From positions 1 through 61,685 of the forward strand of contig NW_021832387.1 of NCBI RefSeq assembly GCF_006345805.1: DNA of 61,685 bases, in the 5' to 3' direction. The stretch is from Octopus sinensis (lineage: Eukaryota). Below the pieces are notes generated by a model. It worked only from the letters and a program-made list of their open reading frames with translations, did no database searches and was not told the origin of the DNA. This document shows, piece after piece, positions 12,201 through 25,270 of this stretch (position 1 is its first letter; the number at the start of each line of letters is the position of its first letter). The position numbers and the translations under genes were made by a program.

Positions 12201-12546
12201 CTTAATCGCTGTCGGATTCACTGTTTTCACTTTAATAGCTGCCAACTTGCAAAGACAAAGGAGGAGAAGGGTGATAGCGTCAGTGAAACAGTTCGCTCCG
12301 TTTGTGTGTGTGTGCGTTTTCGTGTGGTGTAAGCCACACTAAGAAAAACATTTGACATATACACTACAATGTGAGTTTTCTCTAAATTTTGCTTAATTGG
12401 GGTTGAAATTTTAAAAAGTGGACCTGCACGACCCGATGCATTCTACTCTTAAAAATGCTAGGTAAATTGTAATTGAAGAAATCCTATATTGTAGATTTCT
12501 ATAAGATACAAAGGGAGGCAGATAAATTCTGCCTTTTATAATAAGA
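12200..12546 (-). mobile_element. Helitron module B (5' end), copy 2, diverged
   Basis: Homologous to 9290-9623; its 5' TC abuts directly the 3' CTAG of module A copy 3. Confidence 0.6.
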
Positions 12547-12945
12547 CTAGCAGTATCGCCCGGCGTTGCTCGGGTTTGTAAGGGAAATAACTATATAAGC
12601 ATTTTTAGAGAGTCATAGCCAAAAAATAGCAAAAAAATGCATTAAAAATTGAAAAAAAATTAAGGTAAATTTTTTTTTAAATCGTTGACACATCATAGAT
12701 ATTTTTAGAGAGTTACTTCCCTTATATAAAAGCGAAAAAAATGCATTAAAATGGAAAAATATGATGGTAAATTTTTTTTAAATCGTAGACTCATCGTAGA
12801 CGCACGCTAATACCCAGAAGGGCTCGATATGAATCACGACTATAAGATACCCGCTTTTGGTTAAACTGCACCGCAAAATGTGGGAGTAGTTAGGAATCTA
12901 AATCGTAGGAGACAGACACCACACAACTTCACTCTTATATAAAGA
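12547..12945 (-). mobile_element. Non-autonomous Helitron module A, copy 3
   Basis: Same sequence and termini as 7953-8347. Confidence 0.8.
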
Positions 12946-12946
12946 T

Positions 12947-13989
12947 GGTTTTTTTTTCAGTCATAGAGTTAGATTTATGAAGGTCTTCAGTAGAAAATCC
13001 TTCGAATTCTGACTCGCTGCTTGATATAATGAAATTCGTATCCATTTTTTGTCAGAATTACAAATTTTGAAAACACAATAGGAACAAATTTCGGAAAAAA
13101 ATCTCCCATAATTCACGGAATTAAAATTACACTTCGATTTTTGTACAAAACTGTAGTTGAAGTGTTTACGAAGTATAATACGTGTTTTCACGAATGTACT
13201 AAAGAGATTTGCTCTGATATTCTCATTTAAATATGAATAGGTAAATTCGGGCGTAATAAAATATATACAGAGTAAAATAAAAACCAATTTACCTTTTCTG
13301 TCCGTCCGTGTGTCTTTGCAAATGTGTTGGAATGATAAGTGAGTTGTGATTTGGCGCCTTTTTTACTAATAACAAACACACACGTGTTTGTATGTAGTTG
13401 TATGTGTATGTAGTTGTATGTAGTTGTATATGTATGTGTATGCGTGTGTGTGAGGAATGACACACAAACACTCACGCACGCACACATGTACATCAATGCT
13501 TTCGGAGTGATATGTTAAAATATTGAGTTTTCTCGAATTTTGTCTTAATTGGTGGTAAAATTGAAAGAAATTTTTTATGACATCACCCACTGAAGTACTC
13601 TGAAAAATCTTAGGTAAACTCTAATTGAAGAAATTTTCTGTTTGCTGTGTTTTTTTATTTTTTGAGTAGTGGTTTAAATACTTTCAGTTTAGTCTTCCTC
13701 AAATCACTCTGTCGCTATTTACTTTCATTTTATTCGTTGCACACTGTGTGTGTGCGTTTGCGTGTGGTGTAAACCAGACTAAGAAAAGCATTTGACACAC
13801 ACACCAGAATGTGAGTTTTCTGTAAATTTTGCTTAATTGGAGTTTAAATTTTAAAAACTGGACCTGGCATGACGCGATGCATTGTACTCTTAAAAATGCT
13901 AGGTAAATTGTAATTGAAGAAATCCTATATTGTAGATTTCTATAACTCCCAAAGGGAGGCAGATAAAGTCTGCCTTTTATAATAAGAGA
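12947..13989. repeat. Deletion-bearing duplicate of 8349-9623 (piggyBac segment plus module B)
   Basis: Colinear identity with 8349-8657, 8797-9240 and ~9385-9623, with internal deletions including the TIR. Confidence 0.85.
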
Positions 13990-14021
13990 TTATAATAAGA
14001 TATATATATATATATATATAT

Positions 14022-14423
14022 ACTCTTTACTCTTTTACATGTTTCAGTCATTTGACTGCGGCCATGCTGGAACACCGCCTTTAGTCGAGCAACTCGACCC
14101 CGAGACTTATTCTTTGTAAGCCCAGTACTTATTCTATCGGTCTCTTTTGCCGAACCGCTAAGTGACGGGGACATAGACACACAAGCATCGGTTGACAAGC
14201 AATGCTAGGGGGACAAACGCAGACACACAAACATACACGCACATACATATATATATACATATATACGACGGACTTCTTTCAGTTTCCGTCTACCAAATCC
14301 ACTCACAAGGCTTTGGTCGGCCCTAGGCTATAGTAGAAGACACTTGCCCAAGGTGCCACGCAGTGGGACTGAACCCGGAACCATATGGTTGGTAAGCAAG
14401 CTACTTACCACACAGCCACTCCT
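14022..14423 (-). mobile_element. SINE family 1, near full length
   Basis: Minus strand: tRNA-like head ggagtggctgtgtggtaagtagc...gggttcagtccca, CORE-like accttgggcaagtg, internal (TA/CA)n, tail ...gactgaaaca.gtaaaagagta. Confidence 0.9.
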
Positions 14424-15383
14424 ATATATACATTTCTCATTCATACCTCATTAATCGTCTTAATCTATATTCATCTCTCCTTTACACTATATCTTTCCTT
14501 TTTCTTTTTCTGTATTTCACTCTTTCTCTTCCCTTCATTCTCTTCTCTTCTCTCTCCCTCCCCTCTCTCCACTTGTCTCTTTCTCTTTCTTTCCATCTTA
14601 ACTTACTTTTCCTTCATCTTGCACATTCTTACAATAACCTCTGGTCTAAATACGACCTCCCCCGTCACACACGCTCTCGTCATTCTTTCCCCGCTTTCTT
14701 TCTTACTTTCTTTCTTCCCCCTCTCTCTTTCTTTTTGTTTCCCTGTCATGCCCTTTCTTTCTTTTTGTCCCCCCTCTCTCTCACTCCATCTATCAACCTG
14801 CTCCCTTCCCTCTTGACCCTGTCGTCCACCCCACCTCACTCCCCGTTATAACACATCAACTCTCTTCCCTCCACCACACACCCAGCCTTTCCCTCCCCTT
14901 CCTCCTTCATCCTTCCTCCATCCCCACTTTCCTCTTACCACCTCACGCATTCCTACTCCCATCGCTACTCTCAAATCCCCCGACCGAATCTACCGACTAA
15001 CCGGCCCACCAACCCACATTCCCTTTCTATTTATTTACACAGCCGAAAAGGTTACTCCGTTTGCTTATAACATTATTCTAAAATTGGTAATAAAAAGAGA
15101 GAAGGAAGGAAGCCACTCAGCAAACAGTGGTTCGAGAAGCGAATACATATATTCTAAACAGCCCTGTAGTGGTTTGAAACCATTCCTTTCTTTAATGATT
15201 AATATGTTTACATAACATTTGTTATGGTGTTTATTATTGTATACACTAATACACTTATAATGTTATGCGCGATTTACATTACTTATTATAAATAGATACA
15301 TCCATGCCGACATTGTGTGTGTGTATGTGTGCGTGCAGTGTGTTGTATGTGTGCGTGCGGTGTGTGTATGTGCTTTGTATGTG

Positions 15384-15595
15384 TACTCTTTTACTCTTTT
15401 ACTTGTTTCAGTCATTTGACTGCGGCCATGCTGGAGCAACGCCTTCAATCGAGCAACTCGACCCCGGGACTTATTCTTTTGTAAGCCCAGTACTTATTCT
15501 ATCGGTCTCTTTTGCCGAACCGCTAAGTAACGGGGACATAAACACACCAGCATCGGTTGTCAAGCAATGCTAGGGGGACAAACACAGACACACAA

Positions 15596-15656
<61 letters not shown>

Positions 15657-15822
15657 TACGACGGGCTTCTTTCAGTTTCCGTCTACCAAATTTACTCACA
15701 AGGCATTGGTCGGCCCGGGGCTATAGCAGAAGACACTTGCCCAAGATGCCACGCAGTGGGACTGAACCCGGAACCATGTGGTTGGTTAGCAAGCTACTTA
15801 CCACACAACCACTCCTGCGCCT
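15384..15822 (-). mobile_element. SINE family 1, full length
   Basis: As above; shares diagnostic variants (caaggcattgg, cccggggctatagcag, caagatgcc) with the 23992 copy. Confidence 0.9.
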
Positions 15823-15912
15823 ATATATATATTCTTTTATTCTTTTATGTTTCAGATATATATTATTATAAATATGCACACTCATAAATACACACTCACA
15901 TACACACACACA

Positions 15913-15945
<33 letters not shown>

Positions 15946-16030
15946 CACACACACACATACACACACACACATACATAATATACGATGGGCTTCTTTCAGT
16001 TTCCGTCTACCAAATCCACTCACAATGATC

Positions 16031-16285
16031 TGGCCTTGTTAGTAAATGCTTAAAGGTGAATCTGGATCAACTAGGATTTTCAGAAAGAGAAACTGACCAG
16101 CTCATTTGTACATTACAAATGCAATCTGTGAGTGGTGGAACAATAAAAATATGCAAGACTTTTCTCAAGTTCCGATGTATATTCGTCTGTGTTAGCAATA
16201 TTCCTAAGATGGATCCTTGTATCTTTGTTGGAAACCGGCTCTCTCCTCAGTGGAAAATTTATAATAATTAAAACCTAGAAGAGAC
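16031..16285 (+). mobile_element. 3' end of a probable RLE-type non-LTR retrotransposon (clade unresolved)
   Basis: Reads GLVSKCLKVNLDQLGFSERETDQLICTLQMQSVSGGTIKICKTFLKF; a homologous copy at 61010-61250 has the stop (aag ttc taa) and the same 3' UTR. Confidence 0.5.
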
Positions 16286-16353
16286 ATACATATATGTGTA
16301 TGTGTTTGAGTGTGGGTTTGTGTGTGTGTGTGTGTGTGCAATTATGTGTTTTA

Positions 16354-16698
16354 TAGGGTGGACGAAGAAACTAGTTGGGGTTGAGTACGTTGATATAACA
16401 TGTAGACCACTGAATACATTTTCACTGTATTTAGTTACATTCTTCTACGTCCGAGGCACTGAGTTCAAACTGCACTTGGATCATCATTGTATCTCATATC
16501 CTTGTAGTCATGGGGAACTTATGATCCATGAGTTCCCTGGGACTATGGGGTAAAGGAAATATAATCATGATCCAAGTGAGATTTGAACTCAGTGCCTCGG
16601 ACGTAGAAGAATGTAACTAAATACAGTGAAATATGTATTCAGGGATCTACTTTCTATACCAACGTAATCCACCCCAACTAATTATTTCATACTCCCAA
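16354..16698. mobile_element. Foldback MITE-like element
   Basis: Arms ~16370-16493 and ~16565-16682 are reverse complements, with a near-perfect core ttcactgtatttagttacattcttctacgtccgaggcactgagttcaaa. Confidence 0.75.
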
Positions 16699-16718
16699 TA
16701 GAAACTCATAAATGCACA

Positions 16719-16751
<33 letters not shown>

Positions 16752-16964
16752 TATTTGTAAACGAACCCGTATTGGACAGTTAAAAATTGGCTGAAATTGA
16801 TAGGTGAGCGCTCGGTCCAATCGGATGTGCAAGGAGCCGTGTTAGCGTTCATATGTGAGTTCGATTCTGGCTTAAGTTAGCTCATCATTTTTCATATAAA
16901 AAATGTCGCTTTAAATCGGAGTATATATATTATTATCATGATATATTATATAGTTATTATATAA

Positions 16965-17330
16965 ACAAGTGTGGCAGTGTAGTAAGAAGCTTGCTTCCTA
17001 ACCACACGCTTCTAGGTTCATTCCCACTGCGTGTCAACTTGGACACATATCTTCTTCTATAGCCTCGGACCGACCAAAGCCAAGTGCTATGTAAAGGTAG
17101 GGCCCATGTATATATGTGTGTCTTTGTCATTGTTTATCCTCCATCACCGTTTGACAACCTGTGCTGATGTGTTTACGACCGCGTAACTTAGAGGTTCGTC
17201 AAAATATATAGAAACAATAAATATCGGGCTTTAAAAAAATAAGTCCTGGAGTCGATTTGTTCGACTATAAACCCCTCGAGGCAGTGCCCCAGCTTGGCCT
17301 CTGTCAAATGAATGGAACAAGTATAAGAAA
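16965..17330 (+). mobile_element. SINE family 1, diverged
   Basis: gtgtggcagtgtagtaagaagcttgcttcc...ggttcattcccactgcgtg...ctatagcctcggaccgaccaaagcc...ggaacaagtataag. Confidence 0.8.
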
Positions 17331-19420
17331 GATATATGACTCACACATGCCTCTAGTATATAAGGAAAAGAAACGTTCATCTCGTTTTATGAAACAGCCT
17401 TTAATGTTTGTGATGCAATAAAAGCTTGCAGTAATACCAGGTTTAAGAGTAATGTACTTAAGGCAAGTGTCAACGGCAGTTATTAGCTTATGTGTATATG
17501 GAAGTGATAGCAGCAATGAGTATGCTAAACATGAAATAATACCAACAGTTTTATCCGAGCAGATTGTAAATAATTATCAATTAGTATTCTCCATTGTGCT
17601 ATTATCAATTGAGACTAATTATGCAGACATTTTATTTTTCTGGTTACCTATTCTAACTTCTTGTTCTATGTTGCCTCAAGAAACAAACAAACAAAAATGG
17701 ATGCAGGCAACATGTGAAGAACTATATCAATTACACTACAATTCTCGAAACAACTGTAAAGAATGACCTGCGTGTATTCTTTCTATTATTTCTGAGGATT
17801 TTATCTATGATAACTTTCATCTATCTGCCAGACTATATCATATCAATACTACGAATTTCGTTCTGTCTCGGAATTTACCTGCTTACGTCGTAAACCATTA
17901 AGAACTTACCTCAATAGGAATTTATAAAGATAGAAATAAAAGATATCAACAAGACGTCATCACTATCCAAATCACTGCAAACTATAGTGTTATCTATATA
18001 TCATCAACAAAATATCATCCCTACTAAGTTTCAACGGGCGCAGAAACTGCTGTGATATAAAAGCTTTCACTTCGCAACCACATGGGTACGTTTCAGATAT
18101 CAATGTGTGGCGTCTTGGGTAAGTATCGTCTACCATTATATTGGATCTATCCAACATTTACGTAACGGAAAGAATATAGCGAAGCCTGTGATACGACAGA
18201 TTTTGTAAAGTGGTACTCTTAATCCTTCAACTGGTTTAAAACTACCACCAAGCCCTTAGGTACCTTTAATAGTATTATCTCTTTTGTATGTTTTTTGGGG
18301 CTAGGTGTCACAAGTATGGGTAATTGATGTCTTGATGCACTACTTCTGACTATAGAAAGCTTGGATCAGGATTTTTACTTCTCTTTACCTACGTCTGTTT
18401 CGGAGGTCACGAAAATATCGTGGCGTTGCGTTATCTATGCTGACTTCTGTATTTTTGGTAGATGCTGTAAATGCCCACTGGTTCATTGTTGGACAGATCC
18501 TGTATCGTAATAGTTTTCCTCTAAGAAGAGTTTTCATATATAGAGAAAAGAGACGCAATGAATGTCCTCCACGGTCTTTCTAACGGCGCACTTTAGCCAA
18601 TTCGGAGAGTGAAGAAAGCGAGTGACAGTGTGAGAGAGAGAAAGACGGAGTGAGGGGAGAAAGAGAGTGTGACAGACAGGCTGAGACAGAGAAAGGATGG
18701 TACTGCTTGACTGGTACATAATATAAAAACAAATTACAACACGCATTCTTTTCTAATTCGAAGCTCTAAAATCTCTGCCCAGAAAAAATATACACAACAA
18801 CATTAGCACATCAACATCGCCTCAACAACACGCGTGCACGCAAACACACATGGACACGAGCACACACGGTCACTCACGCTCTCTCCCCCCCTCTCTCACT
18901 CTCTCTCACACACACGCACGCAATGGATTATGTTAAAATCAATGTGATTCTTTAAACTGAGAATATGTTTCGTTTTTTCACAGTTTTCCAACCGAAGACA
19001 CTTTAGAAAAGGTTGGCCGGTGCGGAACATATGACCGTCTGTAATGAATCGTATTTATATTAATGTAGTATATAACATTATTCTCAACGTCAAACTCTGC
19101 CTTGATTCCTTTTATAATTATCTCAGAAGGCATTGGTTGGCTCGGTTTTACAGCAGAAGACATTTTCCCAAGATGCCACGCTTCGGGGCTGAAACCGAAA
19201 ACACAGTTACAAAGTGAGATTCTTAACTACAAACCAACTATATACACGCATATATGCATATATATGCATATGTATGTGTATATATGTTCAACTTTGACTA
19301 CGCATATATAAAGATAGAGAGACAGATGGACGGACAGATAGATAGAAGATAGCTAGACACAGACAAATAGATAGACAGACAGACAGACAGATAGATAGAT
19401 AGATAGAGATAGATAGATAG

Positions 19421-19464
<44 letters not shown>

Positions 19465-20912
19465 GCAAAGAAAGGCACACACGCATATGCAAACAGACAT
19501 ACACCTACATCCACACTCATATGCACATAGGGAGATGTTACTTGATGAGTCTGGATGAAGAAGCAGGGCTCATGACGTTTTGCAGCCTGTCCGAAGCCAA
19601 TGAGATTGATGTCACTGTTCCGTTTACGCTGTCAACAACTGAAGGAAAGGGCATGAACACGATGATGAGTCCAGAGGACCGATGAGAAGGAGTGAAGAGA
19701 AGGACTACAGATAGTTGTTAGTGCGCTGGGAGTTGAACAATACATAGGTGGCAAGAAGTGGTGAGACGAGCTAGTCGCGGTTGCCTAAATAGCGGAGGTA
19801 CGAAACCAGTCAATTTCTTTATTAACTTATGAGGTTGAGAAAAAGAGGGGACGATACGAGGACAGACATTGGGGTCAGGGCATCGAATGAGACGAAACGT
19901 ATGAATAAACAAACAATTAAAATATATACAATTAAATGAGAATGAGTGATTTACAAAAAATGAAGCGGAGGACGTGGTTGAACCCACAAATCACATACTC
20001 ACACTGAAGACTTTGCTTTCTCCTTTTTTATATTCTCGTTTAAAAAGGTTCTTTCACTCGCAGCATACTTGCTATAGACTTCCATCTTTTACGAAACACA
20101 CTTTGCAAAACCAGTCAGCGCCGAAGAACAGTGACCCTTATTATAGTGATATAAGATGAAGAGTGAGCGAGAACAGCACGTCTGAGGGTCAGAGCCTGAA
20201 GGGCATTCTTTACAGATTGAGTTCTTATTAGTCAAGTGGTCTTTCAAATCAAGTAATCTAGTGACGACAAAATCACCAAGCTCGCATTAATTGAAAATCT
20301 GCCGTTTCAACTAATTTTTTACTACATGAGGATGCAGACAAAAGAAATTAAAAAGGCAGTTTGCCCTCCACCTATTAAATAAAAACTCGGTCTGGGTTTT
20401 AGTGATAGTCTGAGGTCAGCAAAAATAATTAGATATCATTTACTAATTATTTAGAATAATTACAAATCTATATAATCATTGATATCATAAATATTTCTTT
20501 TAATGTGTCTCTCCAACGAAGGGGACTTCTCTTGAAGACTTTAGTGCTTAGGTCTCCCTACGAACTTAACCAAATTTACGAACTCCGCCTCATATAAGCA
20601 AGACTCACAGAGGCCATTAATTATCCATTTTTGGCAGCATCTCCTTGTAAGAATCGACTCCTATCAGGTAACCAACCAACTCTTAAATCATGACAGTAAG
20701 ACGACAACATGGCGCCAGAAAGTGTTTCGGGATCTGACCCTTTCGTCGTCTTATACCTTACCCACCAAGTACAACCACCGATACTGTCATTCTACATCTC
20801 TCTCTCTCGTTCTCTCTATCTCTCTGTCTCTCTCTCTCTCTCTTTCTCTCTCGTTCTTTACCCTGCTTTCTCCACTCTAACTCTGTCATCGTATCCATTT
20901 TCTCGGTTTCTC

Positions 20913-20948
<36 letters not shown>

Positions 20949-21210
20949 CCTTACTCCATTTCGCTCTCTCTCTATATATATATATAACATTGTGTGTTTG
21001 CCTTTTACCCTCACTTCTATACCTTCCACCTTTCAGCATCTCCTCCTCCCATCACTATATTACAAACTATGTCTTTACTGCGTTAATCACCACCGACATG
21101 TATGTGTGTGTGTATGTATGTATGTATGTATGTATACATATGTATGTATGTGTGTGTATATTTACGTATATATGTATGTGTATATATGTACGTATATATG
21201 TATATGTGTG

Positions 21211-21563
21211 TATATATGTATGTGTGTATATGTACGTATATATCTATGTGTATATATGTATGTGTGTATATGTACGTATATATCTATGTGTATATATGTA
21301 TGTGTGTATATGTACGTATATATCTATGTGTATATATGTATGTGTGTATATGTACGTATATATCTATGTGTATATATGTATGTGTGTATATGTACGTATA
21401 TATCTATGTGTATATATGTATGTGTGTATATGTACGTATATATCTATGTGTATATATGTATGTGTGTATATGTACGTATATATCTATGTGTATATATGTA
21501 TGTGTGTATATGTACGTATATATCTATGTGTATATATGTATGTGTGTATATGTACGTATATAT
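21211..21563. repeat. Perfect 40 bp minisatellite (at least 8 units)
   Basis: Unit tatctatgtgtatatatgtatgtgtgtatatgtacgtata repeated identically across 21241-21560. Confidence 0.95.
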
Positions 21564-21730
21564 GTATGTGTATGTAATATGTATGTATGTGTGTATAGAT
21601 ATATGTGAATATATGTATGTAATGTATGCATGTGTGTGTGTGTGTATGTACATAAAATACATGTATATACGAAAAAAAGAAAGAAAGAAAGGAAGTAAGA
21701 AGGAAAGAATGAATGAATGAAAGAAAGAAA

Positions 21731-21761
<31 letters not shown>

Positions 21762-21839
21762 AAACGAAAAAAACGAAAGGGTAAAAAAGTTTTATTTTAT
21801 TTGTTGTCTGAAAATTTTTGCATTTATTCTATCATTTTG

Positions 21840-21923
21840 TTTCTTCATCATCTTCACTACATCATGTCTACCCCCATCATCACCATCATCATGATCATCA
21901 TCATCATGATCATCATCATCACT

Positions 21924-21965
<42 letters not shown>

Positions 21966-21972
21966 GTCATCG

Positions 21973-22042
<70 letters not shown>

Positions 22043-22073
22043 CGTCATCATCATCATGATCATCATCATCACT

Positions 22074-22118
<45 letters not shown>

Positions 22119-22131
22119 GTCATCGTCATCG

Positions 22132-22180
<49 letters not shown>

Positions 22181-22219
22181 TATCATCATAATCATCACCA
22201 CCACCATCAGCATCATCAT

Positions 22220-22250
<31 letters not shown>

Positions 22251-22260
22251 GTCGTCGTCG
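21840..22260. repeat. (CAT)n compound microsatellite
   Basis: Directly visible; source of the poly-His/Ile/Met ORFs. Confidence 0.95.
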
Positions 22261-22384
22261 TCGTCGTTGTCGTCATAAGTTTCCCATTCTCGTTCCCCTC
22301 ATAATCATCATTACCATGCCGCTACCGGTGCCACCTCCACCCTCACCCCACCACCACTACCACTACCAGCACCAGCACCACCAG

Positions 22385-22415
<31 letters not shown>

Positions 22416-22535
22416 TTCTTTATCATCAACATCGTACCATGGTCACCACCCACAAGAGAACGTTTTCCGCCTTAGAAATGTTCTCATCGGATCACATCCC
22501 CTACCGTTGGACAATATAGTCTGCAAGATAGTCAC

Positions 22536-22680
22536 GTGGAGGCGTGTGGTTCAGTGCTTAGGGTGCTGGACAAATAAGCGTAAGATTGCAGTTTCGATTC
22601 CTGCACCGGGCGAAATATTGTGTTCTTGAGCAAAACACTTCCTTTCACGTTGCCCTCCAGTCCACTCAGCTGGCATAAAA
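22536..22680 (+). mobile_element. tRNA-derived SINE family 3, truncated
   Basis: gtggaggcgtgtggttcagtg...tttcgattcctg...ttcttgagcaaaacacttc...ccagtccactcagctggca; homologous to 29292-29543. Confidence 0.75.
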
Positions 22681-22907
22681 GTCAGGGAATCTGTTAAATG
22701 GCCCTATGAGTTTATATCACTCGGGAAGGAGCTAATCCTTTGAGATGGTCACGGCTGCAATATTTTTCGACCATTAACAGGACTAAGCTGAGCTTAATAA
22801 GGAGTAATAGCACAGTTCTTACCTATACAGTCACCAAGAACATCATCATCATCACCATCAGCATAACTATCATCATCACCACCAGTAATTATTGTCGTCG
22901 TCATCAC

Positions 22908-22944
<37 letters not shown>

Positions 22945-23574
22945 GTCGTCGTCGTCGTCGTCATCTTCATCATCATCATCATCATCATCACCTTCATCAT
23001 CATCATCACCTTCATGAAAAGCATCACCAACAATACCCAAAACCTTCACCGACCAACTCCAACATCACTACTACCACGGCCGACATCACCACCTCCACCC
23101 CTACCACTGCCATCGCCACCATGTCCCCAATCGCCACCTAACAGCCGCTGTTGGTGAGTTTATGACCCCACCCCCGATTTGGCGGTCCGGCTAACAGAAC
23201 GATAGAATAAGTACTAGGCTATAAAAATATGTTCTGGGTTGATCCATTCAGCAAAACAAAAAGATATCCTCATGGAGCTGCTCCAGAATGGCCGCAATCA
23301 AATGACTAAAAGAATAACAGAATATACTTGTGTGTGCATGCATGTTTATATGAATGTAAATATGTATAAATATATATATATATATATATATATAAGTAAA
23401 TATAAGAGAGTGGTCACTATGTGGCTCACTCTAGCACTAGAAATAGATCCAATAGGTTTCAACCACAAAATAAATGTTTCCCATGAAATTCTCTGTGCAC
23501 TGAGCCACTTGGTGTTGAATCGGGATACTATTAATTAGTATCTAATTCTATCACCCTTATTAATTAATTAATTA

Positions 23575-23615
<41 letters not shown>

Positions 23616-23624
23616 TATATATAT

Positions 23625-23874
23625 ATATAATATGTGACAAATATTCGGTAGCCATGATAAAACTCCGAGTTTCGGATGTCGGGGCGGAAACCCACGCCGG
23701 CATCTCTTCAGTTATCGGGCCATCGAAAAAGATGCTATAAAAAGAAATGATTTTTTTTCATAGCATTTTTTTTCGATGGCCCGATAACTGAAGAGATGCC
23801 AACGTGGGTTTCTGCCCCAACATCCGAAATTCGGAGTTTTACCATGGCTACCGAATAATTGTCACATATTATAT
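23625..23874. mobile_element. ~250 bp palindromic element with a type I hammerhead candidate (HHR-3) in each arm
   Basis: Arms 23625-23738 and 23760-23874. Minus-strand motif 23656-23716: GAUAA-CUGAAGA-long stem II-GAAA-CUCGGAGU-U-UUAUC. Plus-strand copy 23783-23843 has a few substitutions. Adjoins (TA)n. Confidence 0.7.
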
Positions 23875-23991
23875 TTACCAGATAAATTCCTTTATTTACA
23901 TAATATCGAGGTCTCATTCATTCTTTTGTTGTTTTGCCATTTCTATCAATACACACACACACACAGACACACATATATATATATATATATA

Positions 23992-24396
23992 TACTCTTAC
24001 TCTTTTTTACTCTTTTACTTGTTTCAGTCATTTGACTGCGGCCATGCTGGAGCACCGCCTTTAGTCGAGCACATCGACCCCGAGACTTATTCTTTGTAAG
24101 CCCAGTACTTATTCTATCGGTCTCTTTTGCCGAACCGCTAAGTGATGGGGACGTAAACACACCAGCATCGGTTGTCAAGCAATGCTAGGGAGACAAACAC
24201 AGACACACAAACACATACACACACATATATACGACAGGCTTCTTTTCAGTTTCCGTCTACCAAATCCACTCACAAGGCATTGGTCGGCCCGGGGCTATAG
24301 CAGAAGACACTTGCCCAAGATGCCACACAGTGGGACTGAACCCGGAACCATGTGGTTGGTTTGCAAGCTACTTACCACGCAGCCACTCCTGCGCCT
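23992..24396 (-). mobile_element. SINE family 1, full length
   Basis: Same organisation as 15384-15822. Confidence 0.9.
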
Positions 24397-24422
24397 ATAC
24401 ATATATAATATATATATAATAT

Positions 24423-25125
<703 letters not shown>

Positions 25126-25142
25126 TTTTTTTTTTTTTTTTT

Positions 25143-25228
25143 TTGCCCAAGATGCCACACAGTGGGACTGAGCCCGGAACCATGTGGTTGGTTAGCAAGC
25201 TACTTACCACACAGCCACTCCTGCGCCT
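25143..25228 (-). mobile_element. SINE family 1 head only, joined through an A-run to the CR1 fragment
   Basis: Minus strand aggcgcaggagtggctgtgtgg...catcttgggc, then an A-run of about 19 nt, then LINE sequence. Confidence 0.8.
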
Positions 25229-25270
25229 ATACATATATATATATAATAATATAAATATTATATATATATA

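Noticed and set aside
19520-20290. GC-richer unique block with a hammerhead-like helix (gatgatga-gtcc-aga-ggac) and a short ORF
   Set aside because: The core lacks CUGA and GAAA, there is no stem III, and the ORF has no recognisable homology.
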